From positions 85,558-149,557 of the forward strand of contig CAIOPG010000004.1 in the NCBI GenBank assembly GCA_903860135.1: DNA of 64,000 nucleotides, given 5' to 3'. Shown here piece after piece: positions 18,376 to 28,904 of this stretch (position 1 is its first letter; the number at the start of each line of letters is the position of its first letter). This DNA is from Candidatus Omnitrophota bacterium (lineage in GTDB: Bacteria; Omnitrophota; Gorgyraeia; Zapsychrales; Fredricksoniimonadaceae). Made by a program: the position numbers and the translations under genes. Under the pieces are notes generated by a model, which searched no databases, was not told the DNA's origin, and saw only the letters and a list, made by a program, of their open reading frames with translations.

Positions 18376-19293
18376 CTACTTCGGCTCAGGATGGACGGTC
18401 ACATCCGCCCCCGGCGAAATCTCATGAATGGCTTTCTCGATCAATTCCGTTGTGTGATGGGCCTCACGCAGGGAGATGCCCCCTTCGAGGATCACATGCA
18501 GGTCAACAAAAACCTGCGGCCCCGAAGAACGGACCCGCACATGATGGCAATTAACAACCCCGGGGACCTGTTCAGCCACCGCGATCACCTTTTCCTCAAG
18601 CCCCTCCGGTGCCGCATCAAGGAGGGCTGCCACCGTACGGATCCCGAGTTGCCAGCTAATCTGGATCACAATGACCGCCACCACCAGCGCCGCCACCGCA
18701 TCGGCATAATGCAAGAATCCGGCATTGGGAAGGATACCGCTCAAGCCCACACACGCCAGGCCAAAGATAACGACGGCAGAACTCCAGATGTCCGTCGAGA
18801 AATGCAGGGCGTCGGCTTCGAGGGCCTGACTGTTATATTTCTTGGCCACGCGGTGCAACATACGCGAACGAGACACATCGACGATGATCGATATCGCCAT
18901 AACAATAAACGACCAGATCGTTACTTCAACGTCAACCTTGCCTGTGACCAGGCGTTTGACCGCCTCCTGCCCTATCCAGATGCAGGTCAAAAGCAGCAGG
19001 AGCGTCTCGACCATGGCGGAAAGATTCTCGACCTTGCCATGGCCATAGCGGTGTTCGCGGTCGGCCGGCCTCGACGACGCCCGCACCGCAAAGAACGTCA
19101 CCGCCGCGGCCACAAGGTCAAGCCCGGAATGCGCCGCTTCTGCCAGAATACCCAAACTGCCCGTCATAACCCCCACCACGACCTTCATCGACACCAAAGC
19201 CAAAGCCGCCAACACCGAACTCCCGGCCGCCCTCTGCTTTTCCTTATCAGGATCACAATGAACTTCCGCTGCTTGCTTGAAGAAAAATGTCAT
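18376..19293 (-). CDS. Cation diffusion facilitator (FieF-like)
   Basis: HSGLD, HRYGHGKVEN, ADALHFSTD and C-terminal dimerisation domain VHPEP. Confidence 0.93.
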   Translation of the reverse strand: MTFFFKQAAEVHCDPDKEKQRAAGSSVLAALALVSMKVVVGVMTGSLGILAEAAHSGLDLVAAAVTFFAVRASSRPADREHRYGHGKVENLSAMVETLLLLLTCIWIGQEAVKRLVTGKVDVEVTIWSFIVMAISIIVDVSRSRMLHRVAKKYNSQALEADALHFSTDIWSSAVVIFGLACVGLSGILPNAGFLHYADAVAALVVAVIVIQISWQLGIRTVAALLDAAPEGLEEKVIAVAEQVPGVVNCHHVRVRSSGPQVFVDLHVILEGGISLREAHHTTELIEKAIHEISPGADVTVHPEPK

Positions 19294-19309
19294 AACACCC
19301 CTTGAAAAA

Positions 19310-20518
19310 TTATTTCACCTTCTCCGCGAACTGCCGACCATAATCAATGCACCGTGCCACGGCCGCTTCATCGGGTTCCCATAAATTCGTGATGCCTTCA
19401 TCGACCACTTCAAAGCCGATCTCGCCGAGGGTGGTGTGCAGGCGTTTCTGCGCTTCGCCCGACCAGCCGTAACAGCCGAAGGCCGCGGTCTTCTTGCCTT
19501 TGAACGCCAACCCGCGCATTTCTTCGAGGAAAGCACCGACCGACGACAAAGCACATTTATTATGCGATGGCGAACCGACAAGGACGGCTTTCGACCGGAA
19601 TATTTCTGTCGCCACATCATTCTTGTCAGACTTCGACAGGCTCATCACATTGACCGTCACCGCCGCATCGGCCAGACGGATCCCCTTGGCAATTTCCTCG
19701 GCCATGATCCGCGTCCCACCCCAGATCGTGTCATAAACAATAGCAATACGATTTTCCTGATACGCCTTGGCCCAAGCCGCGTATTTCTCGATCGCCATCG
19801 GCACATCCGCCCCGCGCCACGACGCCCCGTGGCTCGTGCAAATCATGTCGATGGGGATATTCATGGCCTTCAACTCGCGGAGCTTCGCATCCACAAGTTT
19901 ACTCCAGGGCGCAATAATATTCGCGTAATATTTCATATCTTCTTCCCAAAGAATCCAGGGATCAACCAGATCGGCCCAGAGCTTATCCGTCGCCAGGTGC
20001 TGGCCGAACGCATCATTGGAAAAAAGAATATTATCCCCCGTCAGATAAGAGAACATCGTGTCCGGCCAGTGCAGCATCGGCGCCTCAATAAAAACAAGCT
20101 TCTTGCCGTTACCCACATCAAGGGCATCCCCCGTGCGGACAGGCTTGAAATTCCAATCCTGATGAAAATGCCCCTTCAGGGATTTGACACCATTGGGCGT
20201 GCAATACACCGGCACATCCGGAATAAGTTTCAGCAGCTCCGGCAGGGCGCCGCTATGATCGATCTCGGCGTGATTGACGACTACGGCATCAATCTTCTTA
20301 ATATCAACCGTCTGGGCAAGTTCCCGAAGGAATTCCCCGGTAAACGGACTCCATACGGTGTCAATAAGGACAGTCTTCCCTTCACGGATCAGATAAGAAT
20401 TATAGGTGGAACCATAATGGGTTGAAAGCTCCTCACCATGAAACATGCGCAGTTCCCAGTCCACCTTGCCGACCCAAGCCACATTATTTTTTATCAATCT
20501 TGCCATAACACCTCGCAA
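19310..20518 (-). CDS. fprA: Flavodiiron protein (FprA-type; metallo-beta-lactamase + flavodoxin)
   Basis: GSTYNSY, NHAEIDHSG, HWPD, SNDAFGQH and FGCYGWSGE; no rubredoxin domain. Confidence 0.92.
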   Translation of the reverse strand: MRGVMARLIKNNVAWVGKVDWELRMFHGEELSTHYGSTYNSYLIREGKTVLIDTVWSPFTGEFLRELAQTVDIKKIDAVVVNHAEIDHSGALPELLKLIPDVPVYCTPNGVKSLKGHFHQDWNFKPVRTGDALDVGNGKKLVFIEAPMLHWPDTMFSYLTGDNILFSNDAFGQHLATDKLWADLVDPWILWEEDMKYYANIIAPWSKLVDAKLRELKAMNIPIDMICTSHGASWRGADVPMAIEKYAAWAKAYQENRIAIVYDTIWGGTRIMAEEIAKGIRLADAAVTVNVMSLSKSDKNDVATEIFRSKAVLVGSPSHNKCALSSVGAFLEEMRGLAFKGKKTAAFGCYGWSGEAQKRLHTTLGEIGFEVVDEGITNLWEPDEAAVARCIDYGRQFAEKVK

Positions 20519-20540
20519 CCCTGTTGTCTATTAGCCATGT

Positions 20541-20572
20541 AAAAAAAGCCCCCGGAATTTCTCCGGAGGCTT
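20541..20572 (-). terminator. Rho-independent terminator after the DEAD-box helicase
   Basis: Minus strand AAGCCTCCGGA-GAAAT-TCCGGGGGCTT followed by a T run. Confidence 0.8.
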
Positions 20573-20644
20573 CTGAAATGCCAAATCACATCTGCCTCCA
20601 TAATATCCGCGCCCACCGCGGATATGACGAGCTCCCGTGATCCC

Positions 20645-21886
20645 TTAACGGAACCTGCGGCGCCCGCGTGCGAATGTCTTATTCACAAAACTGCGGCTGA
20701 CACCAGGTCCCTTACGGCCACCCGATGAAGACCCTGACGGCGCACGGTAAAGCGTCTGCGTCTCAACATCCGGATGCTGCAGAAGCTTGATCTCCGAACG
20801 CATGATACGCTCGATGGCCTGCACCTGATCCGCCTGGTCAGGCGTGGCAATGGAAATGGCACGGCCTTCCATGCCCGCACGCCCGGTACGACCAATGCGG
20901 TGGATATAATTCTCGGCGTCATCGGGCAAGTCAAAGTTAATGACCAGCTCGATCCCCTTCACATCAATGCCGCGCGCGGCAATATCCGTCGCCACCAACA
21001 CGCGGTAACGTCCGACCTTGAAACCCTCGAGCGATGCCTTGCGCTGAGCCAGCGTGCGGTCAGAATGGATCTCCGCCGCGCTATGCCCCATCTCCTTGAT
21101 GTCGCGTGTCAATTTGCGCGCGCCATGCTTGGTGCGGCTGAACAAAAGAACCGAGCCTCGATACTGGGTCAGCAACTTAGCCAGAAGGACATTCTTCATT
21201 TCGCGACGAACCACGAACATCTCCTGGGAGACGCGTTCAGCGGCCGTTCCCTGGGGAGCGACCTCGACATTGATAGGAAGCTTCATGTGACGCGCCGCCA
21301 TGCTCATGATATCGCGCGGCATGGTAGCGGAAAAAAGCATGGTCTGACGGTCCTTGGGCACTTCCTGCATGATCTGCTCGATCTGCGGCGCAAACCCCAT
21401 GTCAAACATACGGTCAGCCTCATCCAATACCAGGATGTTGGTACTATTCAACCTGACGGTACCGCGCTGAACGTGATCGATCAGACGGCCGGGAGTGGCA
21501 ATGATGATACGCGCGCCCCGCTTGATACTGCGGATCTGGTCTTCCATAGAAGCGCCACCAATAAGAACAACGGTCTTAAGCCCAAAAGGCTGTGCCACTT
21601 TGTTTACGGTCTCATCGACCTGGATCGCAAGCTCGCGGGTCGGAACGATCACCAATCCGTTGCTTGTTCCCTGCGCCAAGCGCTGAACCATGGGAATGGC
21701 AAACGCCAAGGTCTTGCCTGTTCCGGTCTGGGCGATGCCCATGATGTCCTTGCCTTCAACGGCAAGCGGGATGGCTTTGTGCTGAATAGGCGTCGGTGTC
21801 TTGAACTTCATGCGTTCAAGCAACTCGAGCACTTTCGGCGCGATGCCAAGCCCAAAAAAAGTTGATGCGGTGTTCGTGTTAGTCAT
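20645..21886 (-). CDS. rhlE: DEAD-box RNA helicase (RhlE-like)
   Basis: AQTGTGKT, PTRELA, DEAD, SAT, ARGID and HRIGRTGR. Confidence 0.9.
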   Translation of the reverse strand: MTNTNTASTFFGLGIAPKVLELLERMKFKTPTPIQHKAIPLAVEGKDIMGIAQTGTGKTLAFAIPMVQRLAQGTSNGLVIVPTRELAIQVDETVNKVAQPFGLKTVVLIGGASMEDQIRSIKRGARIIIATPGRLIDHVQRGTVRLNSTNILVLDEADRMFDMGFAPQIEQIMQEVPKDRQTMLFSATMPRDIMSMAARHMKLPINVEVAPQGTAAERVSQEMFVVRREMKNVLLAKLLTQYRGSVLLFSRTKHGARKLTRDIKEMGHSAAEIHSDRTLAQRKASLEGFKVGRYRVLVATDIAARGIDVKGIELVINFDLPDDAENYIHRIGRTGRAGMEGRAISIATPDQADQVQAIERIMRSEIKLLQHPDVETQTLYRAPSGSSSGGRKGPGVSRSFVNKTFARGRRRFR

Positions 21887-22013
21887 GTTTTGATTCTTCT
21901 TTCTATTACTATTATTTTGTTTGCAGGTAATGAGGCGGGATTATGAGGTGGGCTGCTCGTGTCCAGATCGCTACCTTGATTAAGCTTTATAATGCCTCAT
22001 TCGCCCCAAAACG

Positions 22014-23372
22014 TCAATCCTTTTCTTTATCCCCCAAAAAACGGACCGTTGTAATACGCTCCAGCAAAGACCCCTTGGGCATTCCCTTGCCGAGCGAAAG
22101 ATCGCTCACAGCCACCCGGCCGATCACCCGCGACACTCCCCCTGTTTCATCGGGCTCACGGTAAGACCATGCCGCATGGATAGCATACAGGCGCTTGTCA
22201 ACTTCCCCCAGATAGATCATGATATGCCCCGGAAGGCGAAGAAGGGTCACCCCGCCAAGGCCACGCCCCGCAATGGCAACAAACTTATCGAGCGCACCGA
22301 ACCTGGGATCAAAATCAGCCGCCGCCAAGCCACTGCGGCCCTGTTCAGATGAATTGCGCGGCAAATGAAGACCAACGGTCGCAAAGACCATGTTGACAAA
22401 CCGCGAACAATCCACCGCTCCACCAGAATCACCCCAGCCGTACGGCGTGCCCAACAACTTGAACGCCTGTTCAATGACCGTGCGCGGCGTATAGCGCAAA
22501 TAGCCAATGTTGACATCCACCCGCGGCAAGAAAGCACTCGCCAGGCGCGCCCAGCCGTCCTCACCGCGCACAGGGAACAACACCTCCACCGCCTTGGATG
22601 TCACACGCTTCAACGTAAACCGCGCGCCCATCCGGGCCGATGCAAGCGGCTCCCACATATTTTCATCGTGAAAAATGCGGGCCACAGGCGCAACAACCAC
22701 AGCAAATTGCTTCGGCGCGAGCATATCCTGCCAGGCCGCTTGATCTACCCAGGCAACATCCGCGGCCTTGACCCAGCCAGAAGAGATCCCGTCTTTAAGG
22801 AAAAACCACTGCCCGTCAGCGCTCTCATGGAGCACCGCCACCGGCACCCCCGGTTCGATCGCGCTGTTCTGGGCCCGGTCAAAATGAACATCTCCCGGGA
22901 TCCGGCAAAAAAGCGCGTCTGTGGGCATCATCCGCTGGTTGGTAAAAGCCGTCGTCACCGCAGGGCGCAACATCACGCGCCGTCCGACAGCCTCTAGTGC
23001 CACATTGCTGTCCAGAGCCGTATAAACGGCAGCCTTGACCGGCAGGCCATCCTTGTCAAAAAAACCACTTTTCTTCAACAACACGGACAGATCCCTGATC
23101 TCTGCCCTCACCAGCTTCCCCGGCAGGAGTTTGGGCATCTGACCAAGATCGTCGACCAGCGACTTGATGTGCAAATCCTTGTTAAATCTTGCGATGCGCT
23201 CGGGTGTCATGACAACCTTGTCCGGTGCCGGATGCCGCAGGATCCAGTAATCAGGCGTTTCCATGATCCAGGTCACATACGGGATATCTATAACCTTTAC
23301 CACCTCCGGTTCCGCCACCGAAGCCGTCGCCAGGCAACTCAGGAAAATAAACGTCAGAACTATCCGCAACAT
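22014..23372 (-). CDS. SH3 + NlpC/P60 peptidoglycan endopeptidase
   Basis: Signal peptide; GTPYGWG, DCSRFV, LPRNS and GHIMIY. Confidence 0.9.
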   Translation of the reverse strand: MLRIVLTFIFLSCLATASVAEPEVVKVIDIPYVTWIMETPDYWILRHPAPDKVVMTPERIARFNKDLHIKSLVDDLGQMPKLLPGKLVRAEIRDLSVLLKKSGFFDKDGLPVKAAVYTALDSNVALEAVGRRVMLRPAVTTAFTNQRMMPTDALFCRIPGDVHFDRAQNSAIEPGVPVAVLHESADGQWFFLKDGISSGWVKAADVAWVDQAAWQDMLAPKQFAVVVAPVARIFHDENMWEPLASARMGARFTLKRVTSKAVEVLFPVRGEDGWARLASAFLPRVDVNIGYLRYTPRTVIEQAFKLLGTPYGWGDSGGAVDCSRFVNMVFATVGLHLPRNSSEQGRSGLAAADFDPRFGALDKFVAIAGRGLGGVTLLRLPGHIMIYLGEVDKRLYAIHAAWSYREPDETGGVSRVIGRVAVSDLSLGKGMPKGSLLERITTVRFLGDKEKD

Positions 23373-23380
23373 ACCCCTCC

Positions 23381-24259
23381 TTAGGATTGTTTTGTGCCGT
23401 CCGCCGGTAAGCTGACCGAGAATATAGACCCTCCACCGGGCGCACGACGCGTCGCGATCTCGCCACCATGCTTGCGCACAATGCCATAGGCCGTTGAAAG
23501 GCCAAGCCCCGTTCCCGTGCCCACATCCTTGGTCGTGAAGAAAGGCTCAAAGATCCGTGGCAGGATCGCCGGAGCGATACCGCCGCCGTTATCTTCAAAC
23601 TCGACAACAACCCTCCCGTCGCGCGTGAACGTGCGCACATGAATACACCCTTGCCGGGGATCAACCGCCTGAACCGCGTTCATAAGAATATTGATGAACA
23701 CCTGCCCGAGCTGGCGGGGGTAACACATAATGTGCGGAACCTCGCCACGCTCCTGCATCACGATGATCCCGTATTTGACTTCATGATGAATGATATTCAA
23801 GGCCGAATCAAGCACCACATGAACATCCGTGCACTCAAGGTTTTCCTGGCCAACGCGGGCGAAAGCCTTGAGATCAACGACGATCTTCTTGACACGGTCA
23901 ACGCCTTCCCGTGTTTCGGCGAGTACCTGATAGAATTCCGACAGGACAGCCTCCGACCCGATCTCTTTTTTCATGGCCTCAAGGATGGGTAAGATGTCTG
24001 TGCTTTGTACCTCCTGCAAGCAACGCACCGCGGCTTCAAGCTCCGCGTAGGTCTGCAGAAGCTCTTCGATCTTGCGAGCATACTGCCCCAGGATGACCAG
24101 GTTGTTGCTGATATACCCCAGCGGATTGTTGATCTCGTGGGCCAGACCCGCCGCAAGTTGGCCGAGCGACGACAATTTCTCCGCCTCGACCAGCCTGGCC
24201 TGAAATGCGACCAGCGTGTCCTGGGCTACCTTAAGTTCATCGACATTATCACCGATCAT
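23381..24259 (-). CDS. Soluble histidine kinase (HisKA + HATPase, no sensor domain)
   Basis: AHEINNPL H-box, [19 protein letters not shown] and GTGLGL; start at MIGDN overlaps the upstream stop. Confidence 0.9.
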   Translation of the reverse strand: MIGDNVDELKVAQDTLVAFQARLVEAEKLSSLGQLAAGLAHEINNPLGYISNNLVILGQYARKIEELLQTYAELEAAVRCLQEVQSTDILPILEAMKKEIGSEAVLSEFYQVLAETREGVDRVKKIVVDLKAFARVGQENLECTDVHVVLDSALNIIHHEVKYGIIVMQERGEVPHIMCYPRQLGQVFINILMNAVQAVDPRQGCIHVRTFTRDGRVVVEFEDNGGGIAPAILPRIFEPFFTTKDVGTGTGLGLSTAYGIVRKHGGEIATRRAPGGGSIFSVSLPADGTKQS

Positions 24260-24573
24260 AACGCAGCGCCTTTCTTGTAGCCGCAATGTTCATCACCGGG
24301 CCAGGAGGTACCCAGTTTCTGACGAACGTGGACACAGGTAAAAAGCTTCCCGGCCACGGTCCTGTGCGGACCGATACGGGCGGGATAAACAAGGCAACAC
24401 GACCGGCCTTCAGGCGTCATAAAAAGATGCTGGCAAGGGTCTTCCAACGCCCCGCAACAGGCGCCGCAATGCCGGCAGAGCGACTCCCAGTCTCCCTGGC
24501 GGGCAGAAAGCCATCGGGCATAACCCTGCTCATCTGACAGAGCCGCGTCCTCCGGCCCCGGCGCAGAAAACAT
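24256..24573 (-). CDS. Cys-cluster (YkgJ/YcgN-like Zn- or Fe-S-binding) protein
   Basis: WESLCRHCGACC...PCQHL...CLVYPAR...C...CGY. Confidence 0.75.
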   Translation of the reverse strand: MFSAPGPEDAALSDEQGYARWLSARQGDWESLCRHCGACCGALEDPCQHLFMTPEGRSCCLVYPARIGPHRTVAGKLFTCVHVRQKLGTSWPGDEHCGYKKGAAL

Positions 24574-24576
24574 GAT

Positions 24577-25071
24577 TTATTTACCGAACGCGCCCAGGAT
24601 GCCCTGGACATGACCGGCGACCTTGTCCGCTTTTTCTTTGGCCGCAGCCGCCTTCTGCTGGGCCGGCGTCAAGGTTCCCGGAGTGGCTGTGGAGGTCGCG
24701 CCGAAAAAACCCGAAAGCTTCTGCTTGGCCATATCTGCGATCTTCTGTTTAGCGGTTGTCAGGATGTCCTGCGCGCCCGTCGATTTGGCGTTAAGCGCTG
24801 TCAGGATGTAATTGGCAACACTCACCGCCGCCTCATACTTCCCTTCGCCGAGCAAAGACTTGGCCTTGGCCACCAGGAATGTTTCCTGCTGGGCAGGCGT
24901 GCCGGCCGCCTTGGACTGGTCAATGGCCTGCTGGGCCTTGGGGTCAAGCGTAACCTGGGCCGAAACCTGCCCCACCGGCGTATTAAAAGCCCCCGACACC
25001 GCCGCGCCAGCTGTACCCGCCGCTATCAACAGAACCCCCATCATACCGATACCCGCTGTAAACTTTTTCAT
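24577..25071 (-). CDS. Hypothetical exported protein
   Basis: Signal peptide, Ala/Lys-rich helical sequence, RBS AGGAGG. Confidence 0.7.
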   Translation of the reverse strand: MKKFTAGIGMMGVLLIAAGTAGAAVSGAFNTPVGQVSAQVTLDPKAQQAIDQSKAAGTPAQQETFLVAKAKSLLGEGKYEAAVSVANYILTALNAKSTGAQDILTTAKQKIADMAKQKLSGFFGATSTATPGTLTPAQQKAAAAKEKADKVAGHVQGILGAFGK

Positions 25072-25117
25072 GCCATCCTCCTGATTATTAATAAACAGTT
25101 TCTTGAAATATTACTCC

Positions 25118-27229
25118 CTAAGACTGCGCGTGAAAAAGTTCCTGGAACCTGGAGAGCACCTTCGACGGTGCGATCTCGGGCGGGGTCAGGAAAAGGCCGA
25201 TCTTCCGGAAGAAAAGGCCGATCGACGGATAACTGAAAAGGACCGAGATAGGCACGGCCAGGATGAGCGGCACGGCGATCAGCGACACCCACCAGAACAG
25301 GGTTTCATTGACCGCATAAGCGACCACCGCCCACACAAGGGCTCCGATACTGCCGGTCCAGTGGGCGCGAAAAGCCTCGCCAACCGATGTCCGCTTGAGA
25401 TCCCGCACCTGGCGCTTCCACATGAGTTTCTGCCCGCTCAAATTCAGGATCACATACCAGGTGTGAAAGATCATCCTGATCGGTGCCAGAAAAACGGAAA
25501 AGAATGTTTCCATAAGGATGCTCAACAGCAGGCGCCAGAATCCGCCGAACCGGGACAAACGTTCCGGCGACAAAATGATCAAAAGAAAGCTCAGGACTTT
25601 GGGCGCAAATAAAAACACCGACGTGACAACCAGCAGATGGATCGAAAGCTCCCGGTATTCCACAGGCCAGCGGGGAAAGAGGCTCCAGTTCGCCGAGAAA
25701 TAAACCGTCTTATGAAAGAAATTAACGATGGCATTGCTCGTCATCAGGATCAACAGGGAAAACCACATGAAAGACGAAAAATAAAACAGATTGCCATTCA
25801 AAAAAAGGATGCGGTGGCCGAGCGCGATCCCGCGCATGAACATCAGGCGCAGGTGCTGGATATTGCCCTGACACCAGCGGCGGTCACGCTCCAGCTCCTC
25901 GAGCAGATTCGGCGGAAGCTCCTCGTAACTATCCCGTAGCTCATGGGCCAGCCATACCCCCCAACCCGCCCGGCGCATCAGGGCGGCCTCGACAAAGTCA
26001 TGGCTCAGGATATGCCCCCCGAACGGCGGACCGCCGGCAAGTTTCGGCAGGATACAATAACGCATGAACGGTTCCAGGCGAATGATCGCATTATGCCCCC
26101 AAAAGCCTGACTCATCCAACTGCCAGAAACGCAGGCCCGCCATGAATAACGGCCCGTACACATGGCCGGAAAACTGCTGCAGGCGCGACACAAGGCTGGT
26201 CTGATTCATGGCCATCGGCGCGGTCTGCAATATCCCGATATCGGGGCGCGCCTCCATCATGTTCACAAGGCGGACCAGAAGCTCCTCGCCCATCAGGCTG
26301 TCGGCATCAAGGGTCAGCATGTATGTGTAGCGGCCGCCCCAGCGCCGGCAGAAATCCGTGACATTCCCGCTCTTTTTATGAATATGCAGTTTCCGGCGGC
26401 GATAAAAGATCCTGCCAAATCCCTCCACCCGCGCGCACAGCCTGGCCCAGCCCAACTCCTCGCTGATCTGCTGGTCCCGATGCGCCGAATCGCTGAGGAT
26501 AAAAAAATCGAAATGCTCCAGGACCCCAGCCGCCGCCAGTGCTTCATGCATGGCCTGGAGCGCCGCGTAAATGCGCGCCACATCCTCATGATGGACCGGC
26601 ATGATGATGGCTGTGCGGCACCCCGGCGCGATAGGCCTGACTGGATCGGAAACCCGCAGATGCTCCTCTTTCCCGCGCAGCTCAATGAGAAAACCGAATA
26701 CCACGGTCCAGAAATTCACCGATATCCATCCGAATAAAAAAGTAAAGACACAGATGATCCACGGGCTGAAAGGAGAAAACGCCTGCGGGCTCAGAATAAT
26801 GGTGATCGTTGACGCGGCCACCGCCGTAGAGACGGCAACAAGCCCGAAGAAAGACAAGCGGTGCAAGAAAAGACGGACAGCATGACGGCTATCGGGCCGG
26901 GGCGACACCGCCGGATCAAAAGGTCGATAGCCCATGGGCGTTCGCTGTAATGGCAGACGCGCCGAAGCATCAAACAACGCCTTGTAGCGTTCATCGGGAA
27001 CAACGCCGCTCTCTTGCAGAACCGCCGTCACAGCCGGCCAGACAGAAGCCGCAGGGATCCTGGCACCGGCAACAAACTGTCCGGTGAGACGAGCGCGTAT
27101 CCTGTCCGCCAGATCAACAACCACAGGTTCCGGCTGATCCATCAGACGCAAATAGATCAGGAGCGTCGCACGGACCACCTTCATGTGTTCACCGGATACC
27201 GCCGGAAGATCGTTTGGCTCCAATGTCAT
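25118..27229 (-). CDS. opgH: Glucans biosynthesis glucosyltransferase H
   Basis: KSGNVTDFCRRWG, LDADS, FWGHNAIIR, LSHDFVEA and RDRRWCQGN. Confidence 0.96.
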   Translation of the reverse strand: MTLEPNDLPAVSGEHMKVVRATLLIYLRLMDQPEPVVVDLADRIRARLTGQFVAGARIPAASVWPAVTAVLQESGVVPDERYKALFDASARLPLQRTPMGYRPFDPAVSPRPDSRHAVRLFLHRLSFFGLVAVSTAVAASTITIILSPQAFSPFSPWIICVFTFLFGWISVNFWTVVFGFLIELRGKEEHLRVSDPVRPIAPGCRTAIIMPVHHEDVARIYAALQAMHEALAAAGVLEHFDFFILSDSAHRDQQISEELGWARLCARVEGFGRIFYRRRKLHIHKKSGNVTDFCRRWGGRYTYMLTLDADSLMGEELLVRLVNMMEARPDIGILQTAPMAMNQTSLVSRLQQFSGHVYGPLFMAGLRFWQLDESGFWGHNAIIRLEPFMRYCILPKLAGGPPFGGHILSHDFVEAALMRRAGWGVWLAHELRDSYEELPPNLLEELERDRRWCQGNIQHLRLMFMRGIALGHRILFLNGNLFYFSSFMWFSLLILMTSNAIVNFFHKTVYFSANWSLFPRWPVEYRELSIHLLVVTSVFLFAPKVLSFLLIILSPERLSRFGGFWRLLLSILMETFFSVFLAPIRMIFHTWYVILNLSGQKLMWKRQVRDLKRTSVGEAFRAHWTGSIGALVWAVVAYAVNETLFWWVSLIAVPLILAVPISVLFSYPSIGLFFRKIGLFLTPPEIAPSKVLSRFQELFHAQS

Positions 27230-27260
27230 AACTCCTCTAAAGGCTCAGCCTGCAGGCGGT

Positions 27261-28835
27261 TCACGGCAGGCAGGTATAGCTCCAGGTTTCCGTCACAGCA
27301 ACAGCACCGTCTTTCAGGAAAGCCCGCAAGTCGATCTCTGGCTTCTGATGCGGCAGAACACCGTCGAGGATGCCCGGCTGATCAAGCCTGACCACAAGGA
27401 CAAGCCGCCACCCGCCGGTCACCGTATTGCTGATGACCTGGGAGCTCTCGACCTTGTAATCATTAAAAACCTGGACATCGGCCACTGGCTCTTTGCCCGA
27501 GGGAGTAACCCCGGGACCAGCCCCGTTAAAATCCACCACGAACATCACGCTGTCGGGTTTCCTGACAAGGCGTGTCGCCGTCACATTTCCGGCAGGCAGG
27601 GACCTTTTTCCGGAGATGTGCCAGGCAAGCGTATAATTATAGGCACGCATTTCACCCGGCTCGGGCGCATGTTCCGGCACCCAATAAGCACCGATATTGT
27701 CATTGTACTCATTGCTGGTCGGGATCTGGATCAGCTCGACATGCCCCTTGCCCCAGTCCCCTTCAGGTGTAACCCAGACGCTCGGACGGCGTTCATACCG
27801 CGCCTCAAGGTCCTGATAATGATCAAAATGCGTATCCCGCTGCATCAGGCCAAACCCCTTGGGCTGACCGCCGCCAAAGGCATTGACAATCAGGCGCGAG
27901 GCGTTCTCCAGCGGATGCCAAATCCATTCACCCGAGCGCATCTGCAGCGAAAGCCCATCGGAATCATGCACTTCAGGACGAAAATCACTGCCATTGTTAT
28001 GCCCCGAATTTTCCCCATAGAAAAACATGGACGTCAGCGGAGAAATGCCCAGCTTGCGGACCTTCTTGCGGAAAAAGAGCACGCTCTTGACCTGCACGTC
28101 CGTTTCCTCGCCGGGACGGATCACAAATTCATATGCCCCGGCCACACTCGGGCTGTCCAGCAAGGCATAAACAGTGATCTCTTTGCCTTCGGACTCGGGA
28201 TGCACGATCCAAAATTCGGTAAAATACGGAAATTCTTCGCCGGTGTCTTCGACCGTGTTGAGGGCAAGCCCCCTGGCCGACATGCCATAAACCTGGTCTT
28301 TCCCCAGCGCGCGAAAATAACTGGCCCCCAGGAATGAAACGATCTCGTCGGCATATTGCGGCGTGTTGACCGGATAATGAAGCCTGAACCCGGCAAAGCC
28401 AAGGTCGCCGGCGATGCTATCTCTGACCTCCGGCTTGGCATAATCAAAAAGATCGGTTGAGAAAGGGATGTGGTGCGTCGCGGTCCGCTCGACATAATGG
28501 ATGGTGACAGGTTGCTGGAAAAGAAAGCCCGGATGGAAGAACTGGACCTTGAACCTGTTGCGCCCGTCGCTCCAGAGGCTTCGGGCGGGTTTGAAACGGA
28601 TGTCGCGCCATTGGTCATAGCCGATCTTCTTCAGCAGTTCCGAAAGCTCCTGCCCCGGGGCCTTGTAAGGCCGTGTGGACACATCTTTTGCCCGGTCAAT
28701 AACAGCGTTGAAATTAACGTGCGGCGCGGGCTTGTCTTGCACCGCCGCAGCGCCGGCCGGAATAACTGCCCCGCAGACCAGCATCAACCCGGCCAAGATA
28801 ATATTATTTCTTAAATCGCAAATCCTGTTTATCAT
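27261..28835 (-). CDS. opgG: Glucans biosynthesis protein G
   Basis: FLGASYFRA, YGMSARGLA, EEFP, DFRPEVHDSDGL and TETWSY. Confidence 0.95.
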   Translation of the reverse strand: MINRICDLRNNIILAGLMLVCGAVIPAGAAAVQDKPAPHVNFNAVIDRAKDVSTRPYKAPGQELSELLKKIGYDQWRDIRFKPARSLWSDGRNRFKVQFFHPGFLFQQPVTIHYVERTATHHIPFSTDLFDYAKPEVRDSIAGDLGFAGFRLHYPVNTPQYADEIVSFLGASYFRALGKDQVYGMSARGLALNTVEDTGEEFPYFTEFWIVHPESEGKEITVYALLDSPSVAGAYEFVIRPGEETDVQVKSVLFFRKKVRKLGISPLTSMFFYGENSGHNNGSDFRPEVHDSDGLSLQMRSGEWIWHPLENASRLIVNAFGGGQPKGFGLMQRDTHFDHYQDLEARYERRPSVWVTPEGDWGKGHVELIQIPTSNEYNDNIGAYWVPEHAPEPGEMRAYNYTLAWHISGKRSLPAGNVTATRLVRKPDSVMFVVDFNGAGPGVTPSGKEPVADVQVFNDYKVESSQVISNTVTGGWRLVLVVRLDQPGILDGVLPHQKPEIDLRAFLKDGAVAVTETWSYTCLP

Positions 28836-28904
28836 AAACTCCTATCAATACTACCTGAGGATCGTATAACACCGGAATGGAAAGATAATTATAACAGAAT
28901 CCGG

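Noticed and set aside
20774-21865. Long antisense ORFs (also 18346-19305, 19436-20425, 27183-28337, 36089-37162, 55858-56805)
   Set aside because: Shadow frames opposite well-supported genes in GC-rich DNA, with no recognisable motifs.
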